From: Styela clava
Taxonomy: Eukaryota
Length of the DNA: 64,000 nucleotides
Reading direction: 5' to 3'
Assembly (NCBI RefSeq): GCF_964204865.1
Contig: NC_135250.1
Span: forward strand, 6,262,001-6,326,000
Shown here: positions 1 through 14,400 of the stretch, in pieces
How the letters are laid out: every line of letters begins with the position of its first letter
How positions within the stretch are numbered: position 1 is the first letter of the stretch
The notes under the pieces: model-generated
The model's database searches: none
Seen by the model: only the letters and a program-made list of their open reading frames with translations
What the model was told of the DNA's origin: nothing
Translations under genes and position numbers: made by a program

Positions 1-899
1 TTCGATTGCTCATAAATTTAGAATCAACTTTTGTAAATTAATAAGTCATCACGGAAATCAGATGAAGAAATCCTAATTCGCTAAATTGCTACATATAAAA
101 CCGAATGTACTGAAGTAATCACGGTAGTAAGATATTCTGTCGTTTTTCTAGCAGAAATAGTTATATGTTGATTAAAAGAACTTTTCAATACATATTGGAA
201 AGTTGAGTTGTTAATGGAACAATTTCCATATTCAAATGTAATATAGATTCTTGTAATTCCACACGCTTGTAACTTACGTTTGTATAATAACTTGTAGTGC
301 ACCTTTATCGCCAACATGTGGCCGCTTCAATTCGGGACTGTTTAGTTAAGACGATCCGCCCTGGAAGCAGTGCAGTCAGTGTGGTGATTTTGTACATAAT
401 TGAAATCAGATTTCAAATTTGCGACCGTATTGATTCAGATTTCTAAAGTTCCTGATGTCAAACCTTGTTCCGACTCCAAAATATAGACCCCCCCAACGTA
501 AAAAACTGTTTTTAACGTTACCCGATAATATTATGAAATAGAATATAACCACCCGTAACGGTATAATATATTTTTTTTTAAATCATGAAAATTTTTCAAA
601 TTTCATTAATAAAATACATGAAGTGTACAGAAAATGAATACAGTAGTTAAAACTTGTCTCATATGCTTGTAATCGAACAATCACGAATTACGCGGCAATG
701 CACGCTAAATAACTAACATCTGCATAAGATCATCAACATACATTTTATAAGTAGGCAACTCCAAATTCTTCATTCACAGCTTATTTAACTATCAGGAAAA
801 GGCATTTGATGTATCAGTTTTAAAGGCGTTTTGCTGTACATAGGTCATAGACACGAACCAATATTAGTTTAGTTATTTGTTTATGCGACACCCAAGTTA

Positions 900-927
900 A
901 ATATATATATATATATATATATATATA
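900..927. repeat. (AT)n microsatellite
   Basis: Run of about 13 AT units downstream of the decarboxylase stop codon. Confidence 0.9.
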
Positions 928-1394
928 ACGTTAATTGCTTTCACCATTCGTAATATTAATTTAAATATTCACTGGGGCAAGGGTGAGGAACCGCCAAGAG
1001 GGAAATGCATCTTAATGCATGTTTCAAGTATATGGCATGGTGCTAAAACAAAACTGTTGTGTAAGTTATAGTTTGTCCCTAGAGTATTGTTAACTAATAC
1101 CTAAAACGTTACGAAACTTTCGCCAAAATTGCCAAGCATTCAATCAATGCCGCCGCGGCATAAAATGATGAGATTTGTGCAGTTATCCAGTGATGCCCTC
1201 CTGGTTTTTGATATAACGCTCATATCGGAATTCAACCTGAATATATGTCTATTTTTAATATAGTGTTTTGCAGGAGTGTATATTCTAAAAAATTACATAG
1301 ATTGACATATTGTGTACAGCTCTGAAAATTTGAGAGTTTTTGTTAAAATTATCGTCTTCGGATTACTATTATACAATAAAAATACAAATCAAAT

Positions 1395-4300
1395 TTAAAG
1401 ATCAGCACCCAGACGTTCGATTTCGTCTAAAACAAAGTCCATATCGTTGTGTTCCACTTTTTCGTTCATGACGACCATTCGAAAAAAGTTGGGCTTGTCA
1501 CCAAGCGGTTGATAACCAATCAACATGCTCCCTCTCTCCACCATACGTTCTTTGATTATCGGAGCTACTTTTGATAAATCTCGTTTGTAACCATCCTCGC
1601 TTGTCCAAGTTGTTATACCATCCCTCATTCGGGGTGGAATATACCAGAAACAGACGTTAGTGCATTCCGGCTAAAACAAGTTGAATTTTTCATAAACATT
1701 GCTATATATTATGTGACTGTATAAAAGACATCGCGGGACGGTTGTTCCCAAATTCTAAGTAGGGATGTGAAAAGCAGAATCGGGAACATTTACACCGGAC
1801 TCCAACTTCGAACTCCAAGCCATTTAAAAAAACGATTCCAGCTGACAATAATTTCGATTCCGCCTGAACCATGGCTTCTTAATCTTCTGTTAGGAATGCT
1901 CAGTAAAATAAATTCTTCAGGTATTTGTTTGTCGATCACCACTGATCTCAATTATTATATTGATACTTATATTCGTTTGATAAATATTTTTCTATTTTGA
2001 TATGAATATACAAAATTCAATTATAGACTCATGCGTCGTGCAAAGTTGTAATTGGGATCAATTTCCGGTACAAAACCCATACCGAACTCGATGGTACAGG
2101 TCAATCAAGTATGTCATATACTTACTTCGCTTAATACTAATCTGAAGCCAGGACGTTTTTTGATTTCTCTAGCGAGGTATTCAGCATTGTCAAATGCTTT
2201 TTCAACTTGTTTTGCTATTCCCGTGTTTCCTTTAGCTTTCCACAACATCCACAATTTAAGAGAGTCCACCTAGATTTAATTCAACAAAAATAAATTCTGT
2301 AAAAATAAGGTAATTTTATTTCAAATTTATAAAGTTTTAAGATTAGAATCTCGCTTCACATAGACAGACATCAGGGTAGTTGGATTGAATGTAGGGGTCG
2401 ATCCGAGTCGTTCAAAAAAAACGGTCCTGAATTGACAAAAATCTTGACTCCGACTCCGGTTCAAAAAAAACTGAATCCGGAATGCCTAATTTTTTCACAC
2501 AAAAACACGAACGTTCGCAAGTGTTTCGTAATTTGAGTGAGAATTTCAGAATATAAACTTTTACGGTCATTATTTCCGCATGCGATTTCATTTCAAAAAA
2601 GGACTCCAACAACCACTCTAATACTCGGCCCACTTGTAGATATTGTTCCTTCAGTACCGATCAACAAATCTAGGTAACATTTGTATTATTATAAAGCAAT
2701 GCATACACTTCAAAGTTCTTTGCTAAACTTGACTCCATTATTTAAGAAGACGGATCGACATAAGCTATACACATTTAATCCGTAGAAGGCTATTGCAGGA
2801 CTATTATTAATCATAATCTCATTATTTCTGGCACCCGAGATGCCACAAAGCATAGATAGACCCCCATGATACGAACCTTTCTTCCACATTGTATAATTTT
2901 CGTTCCGATGTCGTAACTTGTGTCGTATGTTGTCTTGTCCGTTTGAAACAAATACGGAACATGGATGCTGTTGCATTTTCGTAATATTTCCTAAAATTTG
3001 AAACAAAGAGTTTAGCAATCTTAAAAGGGATATTGAAATGCGCTGTTGTAATTTAACATTGGAAGATCTGTTTAATATAGTATTAGAAAGTGACGGGCCG
3101 TTTACTTACTGCTGTGGAGTTTCTGTACAAATTATTGACTCCTTCTACCACCAATTGAAGTCGGAAACCTCCACTCTGGGAAGTTTTGACTCTGACTCAT
3201 GGTCATGACTCCGGGAATTTTGACAATTTGAATCGGTATCCGACTCCTCCTCCCACTCCTCAACCCTGTGTTTGTCGCACGCAAGAAGACAAAACTGGAC
3301 ATGCGGCAAACAAATGAACCTTTGCATTATCTGGGTATCGATTTCTTAATTCTCTGATTTTTCTAAACCAAATTTTGAAAAATTAACGACTTACAGGATG
3401 TCTTGTTAGTAGAGACGAACACTGTAACGGTGCCATCATCATTTTATGTTGATTCCAGGTGATGGAGTCAGCTCTGAGAACATAAGGTCATTTCATATTA
3501 CCCATTTATAAAACAATGGTAACCATTCAATTTAAACAACTTCATTTCAAATTACATTTTTTGGAAATTTTCTCGAGTAGTCCTAATTCGGAGAATTGAT
3601 TGAAGCCCTAGATTCAAACTCTTACTGGCAGTTACGTATTTAGTAGAACATAAATTTAAAATTTGCTAACACAATGTCGAAAAAATTCACCTGTGCATTC
3701 CTTTACATAAATGCTTGTATTTTTCTGACATCAGGGCACTGCCACCCCACGCCGCCTGTAAGGAAGAGTTGGTTACAATTGGAGTAGTCGTTTATAATAG
3801 TGTTTCCTAACCAAGAAGAAGTTTTATCGTTCCGAGAGAGGAAAGTTTAATGACTTGCAACTAGGGATGTAAGTTTCAGAATTTCGAATCGAAGCAATTC
3901 GAATCAACATCAATTCGAATCGATTCGAGGCACTTTAAGAAAAAAAGGCTTGATTCTATTTAAAAAAAAATTCAATAGTTACCACAAGGCAAGTGCACGA
4001 CACAGCAGCGCTACCGTTATATCGACCAAAAGCGTTTATTATTCTTACGTTCACAGCTTTCCAAATCCGTGACACTCCCAGAGTCGTTATATTTAATATT
4101 GGTAGCAGCTTTCGAGGGACCAATGGTTTCGCTTCATTTTGTTCGACTACTTAAAATGTTACAAAGTTTCACAAATATTTGGAACGTTTCTTCAAATTAT
4201 CTACGTAATAATATTATAATAAAACATCATTGCTTCATACCGTATGTCTGCGATGCTTGCCTCGTTATCATTGGTTCTTTTAAAATCATGGCACATACGG

Positions 4301-7300
4301 TACTAACTAGCGATTATAATTTGGATGAATTTTGAAGGTCAATTTTGGAAGAAACAATCGCTATAAATTCGTTAATATTTGCAAACATAATTGTATGTGA
4401 GTAAATATGTAACTGAGTTTTATGTAATAAAAAATAAATCTTAGCCGTAATATATTTGGTAGTTGATACATCCATGCAGTGTGTTTTTCTGGTAACTTTC
4501 TTGATTCCTTAAGCTCATTATTGTTATTTTATCAAAATTTATACTATATTTCTTCCAAATTTGAGAAAAGTTAACGATAATATGATGATATACTAAATAG
4601 AATCAGATTCGGAAATATTCGAATCGAAACATTGTGATTCGAAATTCGATTCGAAAAAAAATATTCGGAACTTACATCCCTACTTGCAACTATAACAATT
4701 AATTTGATGACTCCTGAATTAATTTAGAAAACTCACATCGACGTGCATCCATATTTGATATTTTTTACAAATATCGGCAATCTCCTCAAAACGATCATAA
4801 GCTCCCAATACTGTAGTTCCTGCTGTAGCGTTGACAAAGAATGGTACGGCACCCTAGGTAGAATTTTTGAATATAAAACAAAGCATTTCAAAATAAAACA
4901 AAAAATTATTCTTTCAAAAGCCTCTGAAGTCCTACAATGCGAAAAACACAATTAGAAAAAAAAGTTTGGGCATCGTTGGCAGAAATGAAATTTAGGATAT
5001 GTTCGAACCACGATAGTGATCGTCCATCACTGAAGAGAGATAAGCCAAAAGATAGGCATATTTTAATAGTGAGAAAGTGTGTGCTTGGGCTTACTTTGAA
5101 AAATTTCCTCAGATAAAAAAATTGTGAATCCGCTCACAATACCCAGTCAGAAAATAGTTGCTTAGATTTACGCAGTTATATAGACTTTTTAGTATGTTGG
5201 TTGCAAACCGGTATACTCACTTCGCCCTTCAACATCAAAATTTGCTCTTCCAGGCTTTTTGGACACATCTTTCCTCTGTCGTCACACTTCACTTTAATGA
5301 CGTCATCGGTAGGTAGTCCCATCAATGCGGCGTTTTTCTTCACAGAGTAGTGACCATGTTCACTAGTAAACAACACCATTCGTGGAAGACGTCGGAGTCC
5401 TTTTTCTTTAATATCCGGGAATTTACGACAACGTCCAAGATGCATACCCATCAGGTTAGAATAGGAACCACCTACAAAAATAAGAAGATTTCAAAATGCA
5501 ATATGTGGCAATATAGAATAATCAATGCTGAATGAATTTATCGAACATTCCTCGCGGTTTAAAAGCTAAATATATCCATTGTAGAAAAATAAACAGTCGT
5601 CAATTTTGAAGTTCACGTATCTCTTAAATTCAATTGCATTAAGTCCAGCCCAATCCTATCATGTGAAGTCAAGCTGGTTTGAATATTAAGTGAAAGTCAA
5701 GCTAATTATTTTGCTATCTATGACCTGAATTGGGTCTAGGTGAAGCCATTGTCACAAGATCAAAACTGAAGTCATGCATGGCTATTGCAACAAAGTAGTT
5801 AGTTTTCTTCAATTTTTTAATCCATCAGGAGTTGGTAATGTAGCCTAGGTCGTTGCTAAATGACCTGAAGTTTGAATTCGGAGTCGGGTTAGAAGAAGCT
5901 TACTTCGTGTACAATGATTTTGACAAATATTTCGGCGATCCAGAAGTATCAATATGGAGGTAACTAATTTTGTTCGCCTATTTTACATCAAATTGTGTAA
6001 AGGGACGGAAGCCTATGGGCCGAACTCGTTATAGAACTAAAATAAGATAAATCGGAATAAAAGTATGACCTAACCCTAACCTGGTATACATACTACGGGA
6101 GTACCAATATTTCTCCAAAATAATAACAATCATTACCGGGACAAAACGTTCCGTCGCCTTTTTCGTAACCAATAATTTTCATCATATGCTCAAGCAAAAC
6201 TTTCTCCATCAGTATAAACACTGGAGCCACTTCGTAAGTGTATCTGATAAATAAAATCAATATTTAACGCTATTAGAAATTTTATATTTCGAGTATAATA
6301 ATATGGCAGGAATTCTGATACTAATGACTTTTCTATACCTTTAGATAAATTTTCATTATTTTCATTTGAGTTAACAGAAATTATCCCCATTTCAACCAAC
6401 CCAAGGAAGAATGAAATTTGTTTTTTATTGTTTTTGACTGGATTTCCTAATGAAAAGAGACAGTGACATATTTTGATGGCCAAATTTGATTTTAAATAAT
6501 AGCCTTCTACATTCAAATGGTTGGTAGTGCAGAACCTTGCTAATAGCGAAAACGTGCAATTATAGCATATTCGTCATTTGGAAAGCTTCCTTCAGCAGTT
6601 TGATGTTACACAACAAAACTATGCAACCTCAATAAAGGATGGTCCATGAGATGAGTCGCGTGCTTTATATCCGCTAATATACAAAACCGGCAGTGGATGT
6701 TTGCCAGCGGTGTGCTAGATTTATCATTTTCAATTAACGGATATCTTGCATTACAAGTGTTGGCTTGATGAATATAATTAAGTCATTCAAATATAAATTA
6801 CATATGGGATATTACTGGAAACAATATAAGCAACAACAATGAAAACAGAGGATTGGTTATATTCGAAACGCGGGCGCAAGTGCCAGATACTTGAGACAGC
6901 TAATTCATGTATATTTCAAACTTTTAAAAATGCAAATGCAATAGAAGTCGTAATACTCTTACATAGAAGTGTTAAGAACATCTGTGATGACTTGACCTGC
7001 AAATCCATATGGATCCAGTCCTCCATATAATTGATTGAAAAACCTTGGATGGCCTGTGAAGAAAAATAAAATAATTATATATTTACGAGTACAAGTAGTC
7101 ACTGATCAGTCTGGTCGGGGATTGCCAAGTCTTCGTAACATTGAAATCGTTTTCAATAAAAAAAAAAAATTTTTTTCCAATTACACATAGAATATTTCAT
7201 ATATGGCACATTTCTGTTTTTCCACTTTTGTTTACGTCTACCAGTTTCACGTAACAAAGCTATTGCAAGTAGTTGAATCGAGATTGGCAATTGTATTTAA

Positions 7301-8559
7301 TGTAAATGACTTCAGAATTTTTTTTTGAATATTATAATATTCTATTCCCCCAATATGACATGTCGAGAAGAGGTATCTGGCCAAGTATCCCGCCAAACCT
7401 GTCACGTGCGTAAAATCGACATGGGTATAAAATTAATCGCATCGCCAATAAAGCAAAGACATTCAATTTCATAATCTTTATTGTGCAAATTTTGCTAACC
7501 TAATTAACCGCAATATAGAATTATCCGTCTTTCGCCTCTGGCGGTTAGCCGACAAAACCAACTTGCGGTTACCGTGAATTCGTTAGAAAATAAGAAGACA
7601 GAATTTCGCAATAAAAGACACGTGCGAACGCTAACCAGTCGGGCGTAAAGCCATAAATAAGAGTGGAAAATCACTGGATATTTTCCCGTGCACGGGTCAG
7701 TTTCCATTGTGACGTGCTGAATTCGGCGGATTCGTCGACCATGGCACGTTTCACTTTTTAACTTTGAATGCAACAGCAATCTTCGCTGTCCGAACTAATT
7801 TATTGGTTTTGACCAAAGTGAAAAATCATCGGTATTAGTCAATAATTCTTTTATATGTTGCATCGTGAAGAGTGTAACAAAAACTAAATTTGAGTTTTTT
7901 ACAATCTGACGAATGTAGCATTTTCGTCCTTGCATTGCTCATTTATATGTAAACGTGAATGAAATAATGTGGCAAATTGTCCAGGTGGCTATTTTTGTTA
8001 GCTATGCCCCTTATTCACGAAGAATGCGGCCTTGAAATCTGTTCAAACTGATTTTTCTATAAGATCGTGAATTTACTTTATTCCTTCGACTTTCAATTCA
8101 AAGGGTATTTACTCTTATTAACGGGACCACGATTGTAATTTAATATCGTGTGGTAGATACACTCGAGTATGTACAAGATATAACGCTTTTTGCAGTAGAA
8201 ATACTATTGACAAAAAACTGACCGTTCTTACCCGTTTTCACACTATACTTGAAAATGTCTTTGCAACATTCCAGCAACTTCTCATGACTTTCTCCACCAT
8301 CACCCAACTCAAGGTCCATTTTGTTCGAAAGCTCATCTGGTTTTTCAAACCTGACCACTGGATCATCTCTTTCCTGAGATTTAAACCCTTCCATCAGAGC
8401 TAATTCTACGACTTCTTTTAAAAAGTTGTCAATTGAATCTGGTGTGGAGCCGAGCAAAGTTCCATTTTTCCCGTTTTCGATTTTTCTAAGCTTTGTTGCC
8501 GGCACCTCAGCGAATCCATTACCGTTGCTGATACTATGTTTAATGCCGTTAGTTGCCAT
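1395..8559 (-). CDS. PLP-dependent group II acidic amino acid decarboxylase (GADL1/CSAD-like), 10 exons, ~523 aa
   Basis: Exons (minus): 8232-8559, 6963-7053, 6137-6243, 5221-5471, 4737-4853, 3691-3755, 3395-3473, 2877-2990, 2126-2269, 1395-1670. All introns are GT-AG and the exons sum to 1572 nt in frame. Motifs: [72 protein letters not shown] (PLP lysine), [29 protein letters not shown]-terminal ERLGADL. Confidence 0.93.
3862..4682. mobile_element. Non-autonomous hAT-type DNA transposon (821 bp) in a decarboxylase intron
   Basis: TIRs TAGGGATGTAAG...CTTACATCCCTA. Perfect 8-bp TSD CTTGCAAC at 3854-3861 and 4683-4690. Subterminal TTCGAAT motif clusters at both ends. Confidence 0.9.
5934..6105 (+). 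mobile_element. MITE family A copy (internally deleted), contains CTAACCCTAACC
   Basis: Same sequence as copies at 21880-22073, 25688-25879, 51342-51554, 55325-55517 and 57864-58075. Imperfect TIRs GGCGCTCCAGAAGTGTGTGTACCA / TGGTACACACACTACGGGAGTACC. Confidence 0.8.
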
Positions 8560-9867
8560 TTTAATTGCTAAGCTATTCACGATAAATGATGAATACATTA
8601 ATAAGACAATGCAAAAACTAAAAATGTTTCCATTGTGCGGAATCCCAAAAAGTAAATGGGAATGAATACTAAAAAGTCGATAGCGATGTCCTGCCTATTG
8701 TCCAGTCCACGCGTGCACGTCCGAATGCTCGTACGCTCGTATCCATCTGTTACGCTAGCGTGGGCGACATCGCGGCTAAGCATAGTTGTTGAATCTTTGT
8801 TACAATGGCTAAGCTTGCTAGCGAGTTATTTCCCGGCTTTCCGCTGTGACTAGGTTTATAAATATAGGTATAGACAGGCGTAACATAACTGTGTTTATCC
8901 AGTAAACGCATCATTCATTTTGTTTATACAATATGCAACACAGTTTTAGTCGGACATGTTTATACCAATGCTGGTCTTTTGTGCAATATTAGCAACAGAT
9001 TTGACGCAGTTTTTGTATAATTGTCAAGTATTTTCTGCCTGGACTACTTTCTACGCTTCAAATGAAACTAACTAAAGCGCTATAATGTGTAAAACATGGA
9101 AACCCCCGAAAACAAAAACTATCAGTTTCGGTGCAGCGTATGTAGCATATAGTGCGCTTAAATTACTCGAGTATCTTAGTCCTACAACATTTGTTTATCT
9201 AAACCTGGCCTAAGATGGCGACCGCAAATACGCGCGGTTTTGGAAAAAGTTCAAATCTGTTTTGAACATTGAAATTCTGTTTTAACGATCACCTTACATG
9301 ATCGTTATTGAAATCAGATCACGATGTTTGTCGTCATCGTTGAATATACTCGATTATCACAGCCTTATTTTCGGTTTATGTTTGGTAAATTCTCAGTTTT
9401 ACTCGTTTTACAAAATACGTAATTAAGCTCTGAGTCGTTATGACTTTGCATATTTTGTTCGTTCGGAAATTTGATTTAGTTATAATATTATAACACATTT
9501 AACAAAACGTTCAAAATTAACTAACTTTTTCCGGTATTACAACTAACGGTATATGTCATGTCAAACATATCGCATTACATTGTTTGTGAGTTTCTTTGCT
9601 AAGATCGTATTACACCATCTCCGCAAGTGGGAGACATTCATTCAAAAAAAATTTGCGGGGAATATCGCTTTGTACCCACTTATACACGATGCTGTCTTGA
9701 TCCGCCCTGCGCCTCTCTGGTCATAAGAAGCTGTCAAAATCCATTGTAGACAAGTACACACTGTTCTATCACTTTCTAACTACTGTTACAGGCAAAATTT
9801 TTACTTAAGTGAATTAACCCATTAATTTTAATTATTCTAGTCCCGATAATCATGTTTAGACTTGCTC

Positions 9868-10195
9868 TTGTTACTTATCGATCTCGATCGGCAAATATGT
9901 TGATAGGTATTTGTCTGTTTGTTTGTTTCACTTTCGTATGTTACGCGATATCTCACGAAAGCGAGGTTGAATCTGCTCCAAATTTTGCATGCATTCATCA
10001 TTCGTGCATTCATTATTCATTCATTCATATCTCGGACCAGAAGCCTATTGATTTTGGATGAATTATGTCGTATAATTAGCGAGTTATTAATTAGTTAGTG
10101 ATGAGACACGCGGTGTCGCTATCGAGTGAAAGCGAAGGAATCGAAACCACAGATCGATAAGTCGGCGGTCTCCGATCGCTATCTAGTTTATTTGT
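9868..10195 (-). mobile_element. Helentron/DINE-1-like non-autonomous element, family B
   Basis: Reverse-orientation homologue of 12747-13056, 37735-38021 and 58311-58682 (shared core AATAGGCTTCTGGTCCGAGATATGA...TTTGGAGCAGATTCAACCTCGCTTTCGTGAGATATCGCG). Confidence 0.7.
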
Positions 10196-10552
10196 TTGTT
10201 TATGTTAAGAGCCCCTGACCGAGAGACGTTTATGGCAATAATGGTGCAAAACTATCTCATATCAGCTGTTTTATATTCATGTCCTTGTTATTATCATACT
10301 GTCCTACTTGGTGTCCTATTTATTAGTGTCGGAGACAGTGCAATGAGGCTCTTTGGTCATGAATTTTTTTGTTAGATGCAGCGGTTACTTTGCGGCATTG
10401 GTTTGCAAATTATAGAGTGTTCAATTCTGCTAATTTAGGCTTGTTAAGATATTTAGGGTTTGTAGTTTAGAGTTATTTAGGTTCCAATAGTTATATATTT
10501 GAGGCTAATTATAATATTTCTTGCTTTGCGTCTTTTAGCTAAATCTAAGTAC

Positions 10553-10869
10553 TGTTGTTGGGCTGGAGACACAAATATATTGTAACCACCATATTCAGAC
10601 CGTGGACACGTATATACACATCGTATATGCACCACGCCGTACACACATATATCGCGTTATTCACTGTGCTACACTGCCGTTATACTTGCTGTGGAACTTT
10701 ATCTACTGTGGAACTTTTACCTGATTGTGGATTTTTACTGGATTGTGACCTTTATATACTGTACAGTGTACATATACTTTCATCACAAGTTCATTTAATA
10801 AAAGTTGGATGTGTTTATGTGTGCGTTACTACTGTGTCGATGGTTAGCTTCAGAAGTAGATTAACAACA
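10553..10869. mobile_element. Possible solo LTR
   Basis: Begins TGTTGTT and ends AACAACA, with an AATAAA about 70 bp before the end. No matching TSD found. Confidence 0.35.
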
Positions 10870-11406
10870 CCGCCCAATAAGCAGAAATAGGACCTGTAGA
10901 ACTTCTAACTCTACCGTACTACTACCGTACACTGAAAAATTAGCCTCTGTAACTTTTTTCACCTCTTATTATTGATTTTAAATATATATAGTTCTTCAAT
11001 TGAGAAATTGTTTTTGTACATGCAAATATCACTGAAACCAACTAAAATACAATATTGCACAAAAGCTTATGAAAGTTGCAGAAACTTATTACGATAATTC
11101 TCTTTGGTAATTGGCAGGTACTTGTTCTGCAAAAATCACGAATTGGAATGATAGTGAAAACACAGAAGATCGGAATTCATCCTTTAACCCCGGAAGTCAA
11201 GTCAGTGTACAAATATGGTTTTCCACAGTATAGATAGTTACTCTGTATCACAAGTTTCATCAACAGCTACAGCAGCAGGTCGCCTTTTTCTTTATTATGC
11301 ATTGCATTGAAATGATGGCCACGCGTTTTACAAAATAAACTTTACAATGTCTTTTTAGATTTTGAAACTTTGAGTCCGGTATGAAATCTTAATTTTTGCG
11401 AACAAC

Positions 11407-14400
11407 TTAGCCTGGATGCTGTCAAAATAAAGAACAATCTGCAGGTTGAAGCAATATAGTGCAAGGTCGCTTTATATTTTTTTCCGTTTGCTAGATAGTT
11501 GCTGTTGTTTGAAAAAAATCGCCTTTCTCTGAAAGCAGCGGATCAATCGTTTTCAAATTTTCAGTACGTGAAGATGGTTGAAGCCCCTAAAAGCCAGTTT
11601 TTAGATTTGCTTGAGTCCTATGGGCCTCGATGTTTTCCCCAAATTTTGATATTTACACGAATATTCGCCACGATGTGGCAAGTGTGTGGCACGTGACGTC
11701 AGACAAGTCCGGCATTATTTTTCGACAAAGCTGCTGTTCACAACCTAGCTGCGGCGATGGGACTTGATTTTCAGTTGCGATTTGAATTTTCAATGATCAG
11801 ATAACAGATTTCGGTGTAAGTCACATAATGCTACCGGTACTGCGGTTGATCATTGAACATTAGTGACCTTATATGTTAGCGTTGCTCGCTTATTTCATTT
11901 ATTAAGCTGAATGTTGGTAGACAGGTGTAATGTGCCCATGGCAAGTTGAATAACTACAATTGTCTTGCATTTTGTTAAGTATTCATCAAACCATGCACTA
12001 CCGGAAGTAAAATTCCAAAATCAGTTCTTTTTTAAAAGTCTCGGCCCAAAATGGGGGGTCGTGAAGGTTTATATTATTTAAACAAAAGCGTAATACTCAA
12101 GTTTATGGACGCAACCATTGTGAAACCATTTTAAACAACATAGCAAGAATAAATACCAATAATCCATGTGAATTCTTGGCATCCAACAGTGGTAATAATG
12201 CTCTTACCTCGCAATGAATTCCTCGGAAACCTGGTGCACATTCACAGTCACTTCCACTTGCGAAAAACAAAAAATATTCATTGCAAATTCCTCCGTTTTG
12301 GCAGTGGTTTGGTCGACAAGAGTTCGGCATCTACAATATATGTAATTTTATTGTCATCAAAACCACAGGTGGTTGTGTTGTATCGTTTATTTATAATCTG
12401 TGTATAAATTGACATTTCACGATACAAGATTGATAAACAGATAGACCGCGTTATATACAGTAGAACTAACATGATGTTAATATCAGAGATTTGACAATTG
12501 TCGAGAGCGTTTTGTGTCTAGACGCGGGATTTTCAACCTTTTTAGTAGAGCGGAATCCCAATGAAACATTCCTCTAGCTCAAGAAACCTATGTGCAATAT
12601 AGTTTGATTGTCTTTTATTGTCTGAGTTGTATAAACTATGCATATATATGAAAAAAATCAAACCTAATTCCGTCAAAATAAAATATTCTTCAAAGTGTAG
12701 AAAATTTAATAATAGTGGCAAACCTGACAGAGATTTGATAATATTTAAACGAGAATATCGGTCAGAGACCGAAGACTTATCGATTGAAAGTTAGGGGATC
12801 CCCCAAAACAGCGCTCTTACTCCATAGTGACACCTTGTGGCCCATCACTAATTAATTAATAACTCGCTAATTATAAGATAAATTCGCCCAAAATCAATAG
12901 GCTTCTGGTCCGAGATATGATAAACGGACATGCAAAATCTGGAGCAGATTCAATCTCGCTTTCGTGAGATATCGCGTGCATCTAACAGACAGACAGACAT
13001 ACAGACAGACAGACAAATACCTATCAACATACTTACCGATTAAAATCGATAGGTAACAATATACATATAATAACATCGACTCTCGGAATTAAATGTAAAC
13101 TTTGCGAAACCCCTGAGCAGTATTGGCGGGACCTTGGGTGCTGCGGAACCCGGTTGTAAACCACTTGACCTGTATGGTATAGTTCTACCCAATGCTTTTC
13201 CTAATTGAAAATGCAATTGATAAAGGAGAGAGAGAGAACAATGACCGCAACGCGTATCCTTGTAAAAAATGTGAAGTTGTTTATGAAGTTGTTGTGAAGA
13301 TGTAAAATGGCGGAATAATTTTCCAAAAATTATCTAAATTATGCAAAGGTTTATTTCGTGGCTATTTTATTTCACACGGCCATGCTTGTTGAGTAATGAT
13401 TTCACCAACCTGGCAATATTTCCCTCCAAACCCATTCGCACAAAAACAACGAAAAAATCGCAAATCTGATCCCGCACATTGTCCTCCGTTTCTGCATGGC
13501 GTTTTTTCGCAAGAATCTTTGCCGGTATTCTGTTAGAAAAATTGGCGCTGGATTTACCCATGGGTTAATGTAGTATATATATATCTTGACTTTACCTTGA
13601 AAAGGTTTATCTAAATAAATCTATGCATATAAAATAGACAATATGGATTTAATTTATGTCTAATGAAACCCGCGTAATTCTTATATGAAATCGATTATAT
13701 TTTTTATGATTTTTCATTCGAATGATATTCCAAAGTCCGTTCCAATCTTGATAATTCAAGGTCGCCTTCAAAAAAATAAAATCTCGAGACCTGGGATGGC
13801 GTGGAAAAAATATGTGAGAATTTTGAATTTAATTAAACGAGGTATAGATATGATTATCATTTAAATAACTCACTTCACAAAACTCTCCACTGAATCCTTT
13901 TCTACATTCACAGAAATATCCACCGAACCTCATTCGTGAACAAAGTGCATTATTTTTACACGGATTTGGCTCGCATGGATCTTCATTTTTCTGAAATTTC
14001 AAAATAAATTAAAATAGCTAGGAAACTTGATCAACCTGCTATATAACCTCATCCATTTCGATTCTGAATATTAATTTTGCCTAATTGGTATTCGCCCTGT
14101 CAGTTGTGTTTTCAATTTAGAAGAATGCTCGATAACATCAATACAACATAAATAAACGAATAATGCTCAAATATATGCAAAAGAAGACAAAAACGCAGTA
14201 GTACAGTTCCGATAGTCTTCCTTGTCAAAAAACACCCGACTTCGCTGATCTACAGATCGCTGAACGGTGCGCAATTTTTAATTTTGACGACATCATCACA
14301 CAAAACTTCAAAGGGAAAAACGAATTTCATGAAGGCCGAATAAATTGTTGAAACGAATAAAATCAATATCCTTCTAGCGAGAACAACAATCTACAACCAC

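Noticed and set aside
6069-6083. Interstitial telomere
   Set aside because: Only about two repeat units, always embedded at the same position in a MITE.
1395-8559. Calling the decarboxylase GAD1/GAD2
   Set aside because: Substrate-pocket residues (Y…S-x-Y) match GADL1/CSAD. One-to-one orthology cannot be set without a phylogeny, so no symbol is given.
11407-12210. C-terminal E-H-P-G as a TRH-like (QHPG) peptide precursor
   Set aside because: It is a single copy with no upstream dibasic site, the Glu directly follows the last EGF cysteine, and the terminal exon is tentative. At most it is a C-terminal amidation signal.
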